DNA of 64,000 bases, from NCBI GenBank assembly GCA_963725785.1, contig CAVRZV010000011.1:165956-229955 (forward strand). The letters run 5' to 3'. Shown one piece after another: positions 40,233 to 52,146 of the stretch (positions are counted from its first letter, which is position 1; each line of letters starts with the position of its first letter). This DNA is from an uncultured Bacteroidales bacterium (lineage in GTDB: Bacteria; Bacteroidota; Bacteroidia; Bacteroidales; VadinHA17). The position numbers and the translations under genes are program-made. The notes under the pieces were generated by a model. That model was not told the origin of the DNA. It ran no database searches and was given only the letters and a program-made list of their open reading frames with translations.

Positions 40233-41651
40233 ATGAGGAGGATAATATTTTATATTTTATTTTCGACTGCGCCAACATTCTTATCTGGCCAGGTAAAAAC
40301 TGGTTACGCGATTGATATTACAATAAATGATCTGCAGGATTCCACTGTTTTTCTGGCCTATCATCTTGGCGATAAGCAGTATATTAAAGATACTATTAAG
40401 CTTGACAAAACAGGACACGGAGTTGCACATGGGCAGGAAGTACTTCCTGAAGGAATTTATATGATCGTATTACCCGGTAAAAAATATTTTGAATTATTAC
40501 TATCTAAAGAACAGCACTTTAAATTAAGCTGCCTGAACAGTGATTATTTCAAAACTCTGAAATTTAATGGATCTGAGGAAAATTCCGCATTCGTCGAATA
40601 TCAGAAAAAATGGTTGACTATGCAGCAACGGGCGAGTGCTATCGCGAGAAGAGTTCAGAACAATAAGCAAAACAGTGATTCACTGAAGATCCTTGGATCA
40701 ATTCAAAAACTTCAGGAGGAGAACATGAAGTCGTATCTTAAAGGTGTTATCAAAGTCAATGATGGGAATTTACTTGCCACTCTCGTAAAATCATTATTAC
40801 CTGTTGACGTTCCTCAGTTCTCAATACCCGCCGGAACGACAAATCCTGATTCTGTAAGATGGATTTTAAATTATAACTATAACAAGAATCATTTTTTTGA
40901 CAATACTGATCTCTCTGATGAAAGACTTGTTCGTACTCCTATTCTGTATGCCAGGCTGGAAGCCTTCTTCACTAATGTTTTAATACAATCGCCCGATTCA
41001 ATCAATAAAGAAATTGACAGACTGCTACTAAAATGCAGCGGTAACTATAAGATCTTTCAGTTTGTATCTGTCTTTCTTTTTAATCATTTCCGCGAAAGTC
41101 AAATAATGGGACAAGATGCAGTATTGGTCAAACTCGCTGATGAAATTTATCTTTCCGGGAAAGCCGATTGGGTGACAAAGGAATTCAAAGACAATCTCCG
41201 GAAACAGGTTGATCTTTTACGACCAAATCTCATTGGTAAAAAAGCCGAAAATCTGGTAATGGATTCCTACAAGGGGATATTTGTATCATTATATGATATT
41301 GAAAAAGATTTTACTATCCTTTATTTCTGGGAACCCGATTGCGGACACTGCAAAGAGTCTACTCCAAAGCTTAAAGAATATTATGCGAAACCCAAAGATT
41401 ACAGCATGGAAGTATTTGCTATATGCACTACAAAAGATAAAGAAAAATGGACCAGGTATATTGAGGAAAATAAACTGACCTGGATAAACGGCTGGGATCC
41501 TGAAAGAAGTTCACATTTTGATTATTATTATAATGTTCAATCTACACCTACTATATATATACTGGATAAAAACAAGAAAATAATTGCAAAGAAACTGGCA
41601 GTTGAAGATATAGGTTCTTTTATTGATAACTACAGAAAGTACTTTAATTAG
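40233..41651 (+). CDS. DUF5106-like / TlpA thioredoxin-domain periplasmic protein
   Basis: Signal peptide; C-terminal ILYFWEPDCGHC (CxxC) and YNVQSTPTIYILD. Confidence 0.78.
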   Translation: MRRIIFYILFSTAPTFLSGQVKTGYAIDITINDLQDSTVFLAYHLGDKQYIKDTIKLDKTGHGVAHGQEVLPEGIYMIVLPGKKYFELLLSKEQHFKLSCLNSDYFKTLKFNGSEENSAFVEYQKKWLTMQQRASAIARRVQNNKQNSDSLKILGSIQKLQEENMKSYLKGVIKVNDGNLLATLVKSLLPVDVPQFSIPAGTTNPDSVRWILNYNYNKNHFFDNTDLSDERLVRTPILYARLEAFFTNVLIQSPDSINKEIDRLLLKCSGNYKIFQFVSVFLFNHFRESQIMGQDAVLVKLADEIYLSGKADWVTKEFKDNLRKQVDLLRPNLIGKKAENLVMDSYKGIFVSLYDIEKDFTILYFWEPDCGHCKESTPKLKEYYAKPKDYSMEVFAICTTKDKEKWTRYIEENKLTWINGWDPERSSHFDYYYNVQSTPTIYILDKNKKIIAKKLAVEDIGSFIDNYRKYFN

Positions 41652-42666
41652 TACCGGTCTGTTCTTTGCCTAAATATGTTATTAATTCATAAATAGTCCG
41701 GAACTCATATTGTGTGTTATATGTGATTAATTGCCAGTTCTCGTCCGTTGCTGAAGGTGCTACTATATAAGGAATTTTTTTTTCGTCGGTTACAGTAAAG
41801 CCGGCTCTGATGATTGCCTTTTCGGTCCAGAGCTTTTTAAAACCTTCACCTTCGATGTACATACTTCCCTTTTCTTCAATACGGAAGGAAAAAGTTCCGT
41901 CTCCGTGATTAAAACTTACAGCCGAGTTATCAAATAAATGGTCAAATGCCCCTGCAATAATAAGATCTTCAGGAGCTCCTTCAATAAGTTCATCATCAAG
42001 TATCAGCCATATTTTATCCGACCGGTTAATAGCCATCTGGAGGTCATGGGTTGAAAATATAATAGTCTTCATGTTTATGGCCGAAAGCGTATGCATTAAC
42101 TGAAGGATTTCGTACCTGGCAGCTATGTCGAGAAAAGCAGTTGGTTCATCCATTATCATTATTCCGGTATCCTGTGCTAAAATTCTCGCAATCATTGCTT
42201 TCTGACGTTCACCATCAGAAAGTTCTGAGACATATTTTCTGTAAAATGGTTTAATTGAAGTCTTTTCTATCGCATCCATTATTGCCTCATGATCTTTCAG
42301 ATCAATTTTCCCGATCCAGTTGGTATGTGGAAACCGTCCAAGAGCAACAAGATCATACACGCTCATATTACTTACCTTTACAATATCCGTTGAAATATAG
42401 CCAACTCGCTGTGCAAGATCCATCCGGGAATAATTTTTAATATTTTCACCGCTATAAAAGATTTCACCTCCCAGAGGCTTTTGAAGTCCTGCAATTGTTC
42501 TTAAAAGCGTGCTTTTACCGATTCCGTTTCTCCCGATAACAGCTATAAGTTCTCCGCTGCTGGCCCTGGCATTCAGTGGAGGAAGAAGGATATTTTCAAT
42601 TTTCCCTGAAACATAACCTATTTTCAGAGAGTCAAAAGACATTATATCAGTTAAGTTGCTTTTCAT
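41644..42666 (-). CDS. Cobalamin/iron-chelate ABC transporter ATPase (BtuD/FecE-like)
   Basis: GRNGIGKST, LSDGERQK, MDEPTAFLD, STHD. Confidence 0.9.
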   Translation of the reverse strand: MKSNLTDIMSFDSLKIGYVSGKIENILLPPLNARASSGELIAVIGRNGIGKSTLLRTIAGLQKPLGGEIFYSGENIKNYSRMDLAQRVGYISTDIVKVSNMSVYDLVALGRFPHTNWIGKIDLKDHEAIMDAIEKTSIKPFYRKYVSELSDGERQKAMIARILAQDTGIMIMDEPTAFLDIAARYEILQLMHTLSAINMKTIIFSTHDLQMAINRSDKIWLILDDELIEGAPEDLIIAGAFDHLFDNSAVSFNHGDGTFSFRIEEKGSMYIEGEGFKKLWTEKAIIRAGFTVTDEKKIPYIVAPSATDENWQLITYNTQYEFRTIYELITYLGKEQTGTN

Positions 42667-43733
42667 CTGAATGAATCAGAAAAATTTCTGTTTCTCAGGA
42701 TAACCCATATAACTACAGGAATGCCAATAAGTGATGTTACAGCATTTACAGGCAGAACACTCTCGGAACCGGGCAACTGAGATATAATATCGCTGAGGAG
42801 CATAATAGCTCCACCTGACAGAATCGTCCCTGGTATCAGAATCTTATGATCAGAAGTCTTAAATATTATTCTGGCTATGTGGGGTACTGCGATCCCAATG
42901 AATCCTATTGGTCCGCAGAATGCAGTCACACTTCCCGCCAGAATACTTGTACAGACAAAAACAATTGTCCTGGCGAACCTTATATTTAGTCCTATACTGC
43001 TTGCATAGGTTTCACCCAGCAATAAAGCATTCAATATTTTGGATGAAAACAGACTTATGATAATGCCGGCTGATACTGAAACCAGAAGAACATTAAGCTG
43101 ACTTGCTGTGAGATTTCCTAAACTTCCCATTGTCCAGATAACATATGCTTTTAACATTGTCTCATTGCTGAAATACTGCATAATTGTTACTACAGCCGAA
43201 ATACCGCTTGAAAGCATTATTCCCAGAATCAGGATTGTCATTATATCTTTCACCTTTGATGAGATAACCATGATCAAAAGCATTACTAAACCAGCCCCTA
43301 TCCAGGAAGCCGCAACCAGAATCCAGTTGCCGAGGCCATTCAGACTACCCGGTGAAATATCACGGGAAAAACCTAAAATTACAAAAGCCACACCCAGACT
43401 GGCTCCTGAGCTTATCCCAAGAACATAGGGCCCTGCCATCGGATTCCTGAAAACCGTCTGCATCTGCAAACCGCTTATAGATAAAGCGATACCTACGGTC
43501 AAAGCAGTGATGGCTTTTGGCAATCTGAATTTCAGAACAATGGTTTCATAATTACTGTGTTCACCGGAAAAGAACACTTTGATTATTTCTGAGGCTTTAA
43601 TGCTTACCGAGCCCAGAAAAATATCAAGGATCAATAGAAATAATACAAGAACAAACAGTACGGTGAATATAATTCTGAATCTTCTTAGTGATTCAATGCC
43701 GGTGGACAATTCTATTTGTTTATTAGTTTTCAA
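42663..43733 (-). CDS. FecCD-family ABC permease (BtuC-like)
   Basis: RLPKA, GLQMQTVFRNPMAGPYVLGISSGA, GPIGFIGIAVPH. Confidence 0.92.
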   Translation of the reverse strand: MKTNKQIELSTGIESLRRFRIIFTVLFVLVLFLLILDIFLGSVSIKASEIIKVFFSGEHSNYETIVLKFRLPKAITALTVGIALSISGLQMQTVFRNPMAGPYVLGISSGASLGVAFVILGFSRDISPGSLNGLGNWILVAASWIGAGLVMLLIMVISSKVKDIMTILILGIMLSSGISAVVTIMQYFSNETMLKAYVIWTMGSLGNLTASQLNVLLVSVSAGIIISLFSSKILNALLLGETYASSIGLNIRFARTIVFVCTSILAGSVTAFCGPIGFIGIAVPHIARIIFKTSDHKILIPGTILSGGAIMLLSDIISQLPGSESVLPVNAVTSLIGIPVVIWVILRNRNFSDSFR

Positions 43734-43740
43734 TAATCCT

Positions 43741-44892
43741 TTAATAGATTTTTCTGTAAAAAATCAAATCTGTATCACTGAACAATTCAGGATGCAGGAT
43801 TGTGGCTATATCTTTCAGGATCAGATGAGGATAAAGACTGCCGGATTCCCAGTAATCATTTGCACCTTTTGCATTTGTCCTTTTAATATTATTATAGAGA
43901 TTATCATTTTTAAAACAATTAAGATTTGCCAGACGAGGATCAACATTCATAATCTCTTTCCTCGAACTGATGCTTCCGATGTTCAGCCAGTAATCTGCAG
44001 CAAGACCACTTAAATAGACATTTTCTATACCCAACGGCATTGATACGGAGGATCTGGTATTCTGCCACAGATAATTTCCCCCTGCATCGTTTATCATCTT
44101 GCTGATAAACGAATTTCCAGGTGAAATATACCAGGTATCCTTATAAGGAAAACCGAGCAAAACTTTTGGTTCGCTTTTAGCATTCCTTTCAATAAATGAT
44201 CGCAACTTTGAGTATTCATCAACTTCTTTATTATAAATACTGTCTGCCAGATTCTCCTTGCAATACAATGCTCCGAAAAATTTAATCCATTCCGCCCTGC
44301 CCAGCGGATCTGTTTCGAGATAATCTGCATTAAAAACAACTTTAACACCTAACTCTTCAATTTTGGCGGTATAGCTTTCAGATTCACTCCCGATACCATA
44401 CATCATTATCAGATCAGGAGAGATCTTGAGTATCAATTCCTTGTTCAGATCTGCATCATAACCTACGTCCTCTATAAGACCAAGTTCTACATTCCTTATC
44501 AGATCAGGCGAATATATGAATCCTGTCCCCGACATTCCGGAAATTGTCTTTGCTTCACCCAGAGCAGAGATCATCATTATATGGGTCGTTGACATACAGA
44601 TTATTTTTTTCAACGGGACAAAGATCACTGATGAGGAATCGAGACCAAGTGGCACCTCAGATCCTTTTTTCACCAGATAATAAACCTTGTTAACATCATT
44701 TGCTCCCTGCCACGGATTAATAATTGTTGCTATCGTATAGCTGCCAATTTTCCGAAGAGTGAATCGTTCGGCTCTGACTATCAGAGCTTCATTGCTCTCA
44801 ATACGTGGAACGCGATGATTTTCAGCCATCCTGCCGCATGATCCAAGATAAATTATAAATACTGCAAATACCGGTATCGAGAGAAATTTCAT
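43741..44892 (-). CDS. ABC substrate-binding lipoprotein (BtuF-like)
   Basis: Lipobox LGSC; VPLKKIICMSTTH, YLETDPLGRAEWIKFFG, YWESG. Confidence 0.88.
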   Translation of the reverse strand: MKFLSIPVFAVFIIYLGSCGRMAENHRVPRIESNEALIVRAERFTLRKIGSYTIATIINPWQGANDVNKVYYLVKKGSEVPLGLDSSSVIFVPLKKIICMSTTHIMMISALGEAKTISGMSGTGFIYSPDLIRNVELGLIEDVGYDADLNKELILKISPDLIMMYGIGSESESYTAKIEELGVKVVFNADYLETDPLGRAEWIKFFGALYCKENLADSIYNKEVDEYSKLRSFIERNAKSEPKVLLGFPYKDTWYISPGNSFISKMINDAGGNYLWQNTRSSVSMPLGIENVYLSGLAADYWLNIGSISSRKEIMNVDPRLANLNCFKNDNLYNNIKRTNAKGANDYWESGSLYPHLILKDIATILHPELFSDTDLIFYRKIY

Positions 44893-44895
44893 TTT

Positions 44896-46854
44896 TTAAT
44901 TTTTAAAATGGAATGATAGCATCAGAAAATAGTTTCTGCCGGGTTGCGGATAATAAGCTATTGTTTTATAAGTGACATCAAAAATATTTTCTACTTTAAA
45001 ACTTAAGTCAATATGATTCTCTTTAAAATTAAATTTCATACCACCTGTCAGATTATTTAAAGTATACCCTTTCAATGAACCTGAATTATCGGCAGTTGTA
45101 TATATACGTCCCTTAAAATTGACCAGCCAGATTGCATAAATATTTTTAAAAGCCAGATGGAGGGAGCTATTTGCCTGATTTTCGGGAATATAAATCAATT
45201 GTTTACCATCAGTTTCTGATGTTCCGCTGTTCATTTCTATGGCTCTTGTGTAGGAATATCCGGCATTAAGGTTAACCGACAGGTTATTATTCAGATATTT
45301 TGCAGCCAATGATGCTTCTACACCTGAGGATTTGACACTCCCGATATTATCGGCGACCCAGAAAGAGGAATCTCCTGGTCTCCATTGTATCATATCCCGT
45401 ATATAATTATTAAAATAATTCAGTTCAGAACCAAAGGATACTGAACTGGAAATCTGGTGGTCGAGCTTATATCCGAATTCGTACGAGTATGCATATTCAT
45501 TTTTCAGATCAGGGTTGCCACCAGGATTCCAGAAAAGATCATTCAGAGACGGAATTTTGGAATTTCTCGATATATTCAGTTTCAGATAATGTTCTTCTCC
45601 CCTGAAAACCCTGAATTCAAATCCTGCTGAATAATCTGGTATGAGAAACGATCTGTCATCAAGAGTCTCTCTGAGAAGTAGTACCGCGCCGAATCTTTTA
45701 CCTTTTTTTCTTTCAGCTGAAAGAGTGACAGATGCATTGTTGCGCCGGGCTCCTTCTTTATAATTATTTGATTCAATATTGTTTAATTCCTCACTTAAGA
45801 CGATCTTAAAACGTGAATACTCTCCGAGCGGAGTAGTTATGCCACCTTTAAGTACATAAGTGTTAGCCTTATTTTTAGACTCAATAGAGTAAAGCTCACT
45901 GGTATAGTTTAGATTAGATAGCATCCAGGCAGCCGTTACGAAATATTCTTTCTTTCCATCTACAAAATCATAGTTAACCAGACTCCTGAATGAATTATCG
46001 GATTGTTTCTCACCTGCATACCCGTATAGTGTTGACCCGGGCAGGTCACGGTCAGAAGACTGATACCAGAATCGGGCAGACAGGACATTTTCAGCCTTCC
46101 TCAGATATAGTTCCTGCATAAAACCATTCTGCATGATTTGATCATTTTTCCTCCGTTTCCATATAGGGTCAGGAATAGCATCAGTATCAAAATATGAGAA
46201 ATTGTTTTGTGATGAGTTCAGATAACCTTTAGTAACTGACTGGAAATGATCGTTTCCCGTACTCGCTTTGACGAATGCTGAATATCTCCCAAAGCTTCCT
46301 GCTCCCGTACCAGCCTCAATAAGAGTCCGTTTCTTCCAGCCGGGTTCATTCTCCAGATTTATAATTCCTCCAATTGCACCATTACCCAGATCCATTGAAG
46401 CACCGCCAAAACTTACCAGGACATTTTCTATCATAGCGGAAGGTATAAGTGAAAAGTCAGACTGCCCCAGCATAGGATCGTTAATATTGATACCGTTCCA
46501 TGTCACCTGAGTATGACCGGCAGATGTACCCCTGAATGATGAAGTTGCTGCTCCGCCTGACCCATAGTATTTAACAAATAAGGGTGTGTTATCGTTCAAT
46601 ACTTCGGTAAGGGAGAACAACGGGTAATCCCGGAGCTGTGAGGAGTCTATTCTGAAGAATTTGAAGCCTGGCTGCTCAGAACTTATCTGTTTTCGGGTGA
46701 TTAATACTTCCTGGATTTTCAGGGTATCATTTTCAAGCTGTATTTGTCCGTTTAGTTGTAACGACAAACAGCCTGCCATAATCAAGAGACTCGCTCCGGA
46801 AATGGATTTCATGTTTTTCTGATTAATTGTTTTCTCCATAATAACACTTATCAT
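44896..46854 (-). CDS. TonB-dependent receptor, cobalamin (BtuB-like)
   Basis: Plug motifs SFRGTSAGHTQVTWNGININ and GAIGGIINL; C-terminal ENIFD...YYPQPGRNY; downstream of a cobalamin riboswitch. Confidence 0.88.
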   Translation of the reverse strand: MISVIMEKTINQKNMKSISGASLLIMAGCLSLQLNGQIQLENDTLKIQEVLITRKQISSEQPGFKFFRIDSSQLRDYPLFSLTEVLNDNTPLFVKYYGSGGAATSSFRGTSAGHTQVTWNGININDPMLGQSDFSLIPSAMIENVLVSFGGASMDLGNGAIGGIINLENEPGWKKRTLIEAGTGAGSFGRYSAFVKASTGNDHFQSVTKGYLNSSQNNFSYFDTDAIPDPIWKRRKNDQIMQNGFMQELYLRKAENVLSARFWYQSSDRDLPGSTLYGYAGEKQSDNSFRSLVNYDFVDGKKEYFVTAAWMLSNLNYTSELYSIESKNKANTYVLKGGITTPLGEYSRFKIVLSEELNNIESNNYKEGARRNNASVTLSAERKKGKRFGAVLLLRETLDDRSFLIPDYSAGFEFRVFRGEEHYLKLNISRNSKIPSLNDLFWNPGGNPDLKNEYAYSYEFGYKLDHQISSSVSFGSELNYFNNYIRDMIQWRPGDSSFWVADNIGSVKSSGVEASLAAKYLNNNLSVNLNAGYSYTRAIEMNSGTSETDGKQLIYIPENQANSSLHLAFKNIYAIWLVNFKGRIYTTADNSGSLKGYTLNNLTGGMKFNFKENHIDLSFKVENIFDVTYKTIAYYPQPGRNYFLMLSFHFKN

Positions 46855-46951
46855 TTTATATGATAACCATTATCAGGGCTGACAGGAGTGTAAGTAAGGA
46901 ATCATTCAATGATCCGGCGCTTTTCTTCCCGAAAGCTGTGAATATGGTTTT

Positions 46952-47140
46952 GTCTGGCAGGTCTTCTGACTTATCCCGGTTTTGTGAAGCCTTCCCATAA
47001 CCTTAAATTGTCACAGTGGCAGGTATTCACAAAACCATAATCGTTAGAACGATCGGGCATCACAGCAGCGGGTACTGTTGCGGATTCAAACCGCATTCCC
47101 TTTTCATTACAATGATTTAATTTCATTGTAACACCAAAAC
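46952..47140 (-). ncRNA. Cobalamin riboswitch
   Basis: Minus strand reads AAAAGGGAATGCGGTTTGAATCCGCAACAGTACCCGCTGCTGT...GCCACTG...GGGAAGGC...AAGTCAGAAGACCTGCC, the B12-box consensus, upstream of a TonB receptor. Confidence 0.93.
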
Positions 47141-47216
47141 ATTACAAAGATAAAAGTTATTTTTATTCTGAAATAGTTTGACCCCAGTCAGATATCAACA
47201 TTTATTAACAACTATT

Positions 47217-48253
47217 CTAAATTGTGCCGCAGGAATTTCTCACAATAAGTTCCGGAGATATATTTACCTGACGTTTAAATTTCCCTTTTCCTGAGTTTTT
47301 AACTTCCGACCAGATCATGTTTGCCACTTTGGTGGAAATATCTGCCAGGGGCTTTCGAAGACAGGTCACAGGAGAAAACATAAGGTCGAATCCCGTGCCC
47401 TCTTCCATCGAAACAACGGCAATATCCTGAGGAACCCTCAGCTTTTTTTTCCTCAAGCAATGTCATTATTGGATAGACAAGACTTGCCTTCATTATGATC
47501 ATAATATCAGCCCGGTAAGGAGGGCGAAGATACTTTTCAAACTGTTCATATTCGATATTCTCACCTGCTGGTTCATTTTCCAACTCGACAACTACCGGTC
47601 TGTTGATTTCTGGTTTCTTGACCCACCGCATCAATAATATCCTGAACTGCCATACTGTCCGAACGGATTGATCTGTGGTCAGCTATGATTATAATGTTTT
47701 TATAGCCAAGTTTCTCAAGGTGATTTACAACAAGTTGAGCTCCGGCAGCAGTATCAGTGCTAACAGTATTCAGTCGTAGTGTCTTTAGGGGTTTTTCAAG
47801 AAGTACAAATGGATAATCCGTTGCTCTTAGCGCCCTAATCGTAGTTTCATCAGCTGCATCTCCAAGGAGTATGAGTCCGCTATAGAACTTTTTAAAAGCT
47901 CCCACAAGCCTGTCAAATCGCTGATCGTCGGGATCTTTTGTTACAATAGAGAATCCAACGCCAATGCTCGAAAAAGCTTTTTGAAGAAATGGTGTTATCT
48001 GAATAATAAAAGGATCATTAATTGAAGGAACAATCATACCCAGTACCCCTGGTTTCTCTTCAACAGGTGAACTCTCATTCTTCTCCTGAGCGGATTCAAA
48101 ATACCCCATTTGTCTGGCCAGCAAAAGAACTTTCTCCTGGGTATCCTTACGGATCCCCTGCTGATCGGCCTTATTGTTTAGTACCAGTGATACCAATGTA
48201 CCAGATACACCAAGCCTTGCGGCTAAATCTTTGTTTTTAAATTTTTTTCCCAT
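47217..48253 (-). CDS. LacI-family transcriptional regulator, frameshifted near 47600
   Basis: KDLAARLGVSGTLVSLVLN HTH; C-terminal VPQDIAVVS...ELIVRNSC. Confidence 0.85.
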
Positions 48254-48423
48254 TTCCCCATTTTTGGAAGAAATAAATTTAGCATTTTTTTCAAATGGTA
48301 GATGGGATTTAATAATATTTAACTTTTATGACTAAAAAAGATCCAACGCCAAAGACAAAAGTGAGAGAATGTGATCCCTCGCTTTTGCTCTTTTGCGACA
48401 CCTCATAATGATTTGTTAGTTTT

Positions 48424-50397
48424 TTATTTTTTAGAAGGATTTATTCCTCTTTGTTTGGCTGCAGCTTCAAGGCGTTGCTGCCATTTTGATTTTTGAAGCG
48501 GTTTCTTTTTATTCTGCTCCAGAGTTGCCAGTACCGCATCGGCATTTATAAACCTTTTAGATATCATATTCTGAGCATAAGTAAGCATATTCGCCAGGAA
48601 ATAGTAATAGGTCAGACCTGAAGAGAAATTATTAAGGATCAGCATAAACATTACAGGCATCATGTACATCATCACTTTCATTCCGGGTTGATCGGAACCG
48701 GGCGAAGAACCTGTCATTTTCATAGTAAGCAATGTTGAAGCTGTCATGAGAAGAGTAAAAAGACTTACATGGCTTCCATACATCGGGATTGAGAATGGGA
48801 GCGTGAGAATTGAATCATAGGTTGATAAGTCAGTCGCCCACAGGAAGTGTTCCTGACGCAGCTCAATTGAGACTGGAAAGAATCTGAACATGGCAAAGAG
48901 AATAGGCATCTGAAGAAGCATTGGAAGACAACCACCCATCGGGTTCACTCCTGCCCTCTTATACAGATCCATAGTAGCCTGCTGTTTTTTCATTGCATCC
49001 TCTTTCTTGGGAAACTTCTTGCCCAATTCTTCAACCATTGGCTTCAAAACCTGCATTTTTGCCGTTGACTGGTACGATTTGAAGGTGAGCGGAAAGAGTA
49101 CAACTTTTATGATAACGGTAAGTATAAGAATAATCAGACCAAAATTGTTTATGAAATGGTTTAGCCAGTTAAAGATCGGTATAATGGCAAACCTGTTGAT
49201 CCACCCTATAATATTCCTGCCCAGGAAAACAAGTTTATCGAGCTCAAGTCCTTCTTTTTTAAGAATAGTAAAGCTATTTGGCCCATAATACAACTTCATG
49301 TTGATGGCATTTGAAGAAGCTGGATTATACGGTACTCCGACCTCAGATGTGTAATATCTTATATATTTCTTGGATGTCAATGTCCGTGTTGACGACAGAG
49401 AACCATTCAGAAAGAAATCGTTAGATACTATAACTGAAGAAAAGAACTGATCCTGAAAAGCTACCCAGCTCAGTTTAGTAGTTACATCAACTTTTTCTAA
49501 TTCTTTACTTTGCCTTTGCTTCAAATAAGTAACATCGTCCTGATAGTATTTATAAGTAACATCAGAATAATTCTCTTCATTCTGCCTTCCTTTTTCCTGC
49601 TGAGGCATATATAATCTCCAATCCAGAGTAATACTGTTTTGATTTGAAGCAATAATGCCATCCATCGATTTGAAAGTTACATTAAAGTCAACCATGTATT
49701 TATCAGGAGCAAGAGTATATTTATATTCAATGTATTTATCTTCACCTGCCGATAACCTCAGAACTACGCTTTGGGGCTGGGAGCTCACAACATAAGATCT
49801 CTGATCAGTTACAGGTTTGAAAAAAAGGTTGTTAGTCTGAACTCTCTTATTGTCCATTGAAAAGAAATTAAACCCGAATACGGTTGAGTCGCCTTCAAAT
49901 AGGATCAGAGGCTTTGAATCAAATGTTTTGTAGTCCTTTAATCTTACAGAATATACCCTTCCCCCCCTGAGCGAAATTTTAAGGTCAACTTTGTTATTCT
50001 CAAGAGTTATGAATTCATTCTCACCGGTAGCATCTTTGGCAAAAACGCCATATTGAGATACATCTGTCTGAGCTTCAGGCGATTTGGGAACAGTAATGTC
50101 GGGTTTTATCTGATTCAGATTCAGAGAATCCGTGTTCTGTTTCCCGGGTGCGATCCCGAGTTTCGAGTTGATATCATTTATTTTTTTACTTATTGCTTCT
50201 GCCTGATTTGGTTTATTAAATCTCAGCGCACTCATATAGAGCGCTCTGGCAGCTTCAAGATCACCTTTTGCATAATCAGCATCAGCAGCAGACAAAGTCT
50301 TTTCAAATTCTTTAGTTACCTTGCTGCTATTATATATACTGAACCCTATAAAGATTACAAAAATCAAGATAAGGCCTGTTATTGTATTTCTATCCAT
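48424..50397 (-). CDS. yidC: Membrane protein insertase YidC
   Basis: MDRNTITG; NFGLIILILTVIIKVVLFPL; GVNPMGGCLPMLLQMP; FLWATDLS; SGLTYYY. Confidence 0.96.
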   Translation of the reverse strand: MDRNTITGLILIFVIFIGFSIYNSSKVTKEFEKTLSAADADYAKGDLEAARALYMSALRFNKPNQAEAISKKINDINSKLGIAPGKQNTDSLNLNQIKPDITVPKSPEAQTDVSQYGVFAKDATGENEFITLENNKVDLKISLRGGRVYSVRLKDYKTFDSKPLILFEGDSTVFGFNFFSMDNKRVQTNNLFFKPVTDQRSYVVSSQPQSVVLRLSAGEDKYIEYKYTLAPDKYMVDFNVTFKSMDGIIASNQNSITLDWRLYMPQQEKGRQNEENYSDVTYKYYQDDVTYLKQRQSKELEKVDVTTKLSWVAFQDQFFSSVIVSNDFFLNGSLSSTRTLTSKKYIRYYTSEVGVPYNPASSNAINMKLYYGPNSFTILKKEGLELDKLVFLGRNIIGWINRFAIIPIFNWLNHFINNFGLIILILTVIIKVVLFPLTFKSYQSTAKMQVLKPMVEELGKKFPKKEDAMKKQQATMDLYKRAGVNPMGGCLPMLLQMPILFAMFRFFPVSIELRQEHFLWATDLSTYDSILTLPFSIPMYGSHVSLFTLLMTASTLLTMKMTGSSPGSDQPGMKVMMYMMPVMFMLILNNFSSGLTYYYFLANMLTYAQNMISKRFINADAVLATLEQNKKKPLQKSKWQQRLEAAAKQRGINPSKK

Positions 50398-50502
50398 TCT
50401 TTAATATGAATTAATTTTTTGGGGTTAAAATTAAAAAACTATTACTATTTAATATAGGGCAGATACGCTGTGCATCCTTCGGAGATGCAATTCATGGCGT
50501 CT

Positions 50503-52116
<1,614 letters not shown>

Positions 52117-52146
52117 TTATTTTTTAAATTATAGATATCTTTAAAA

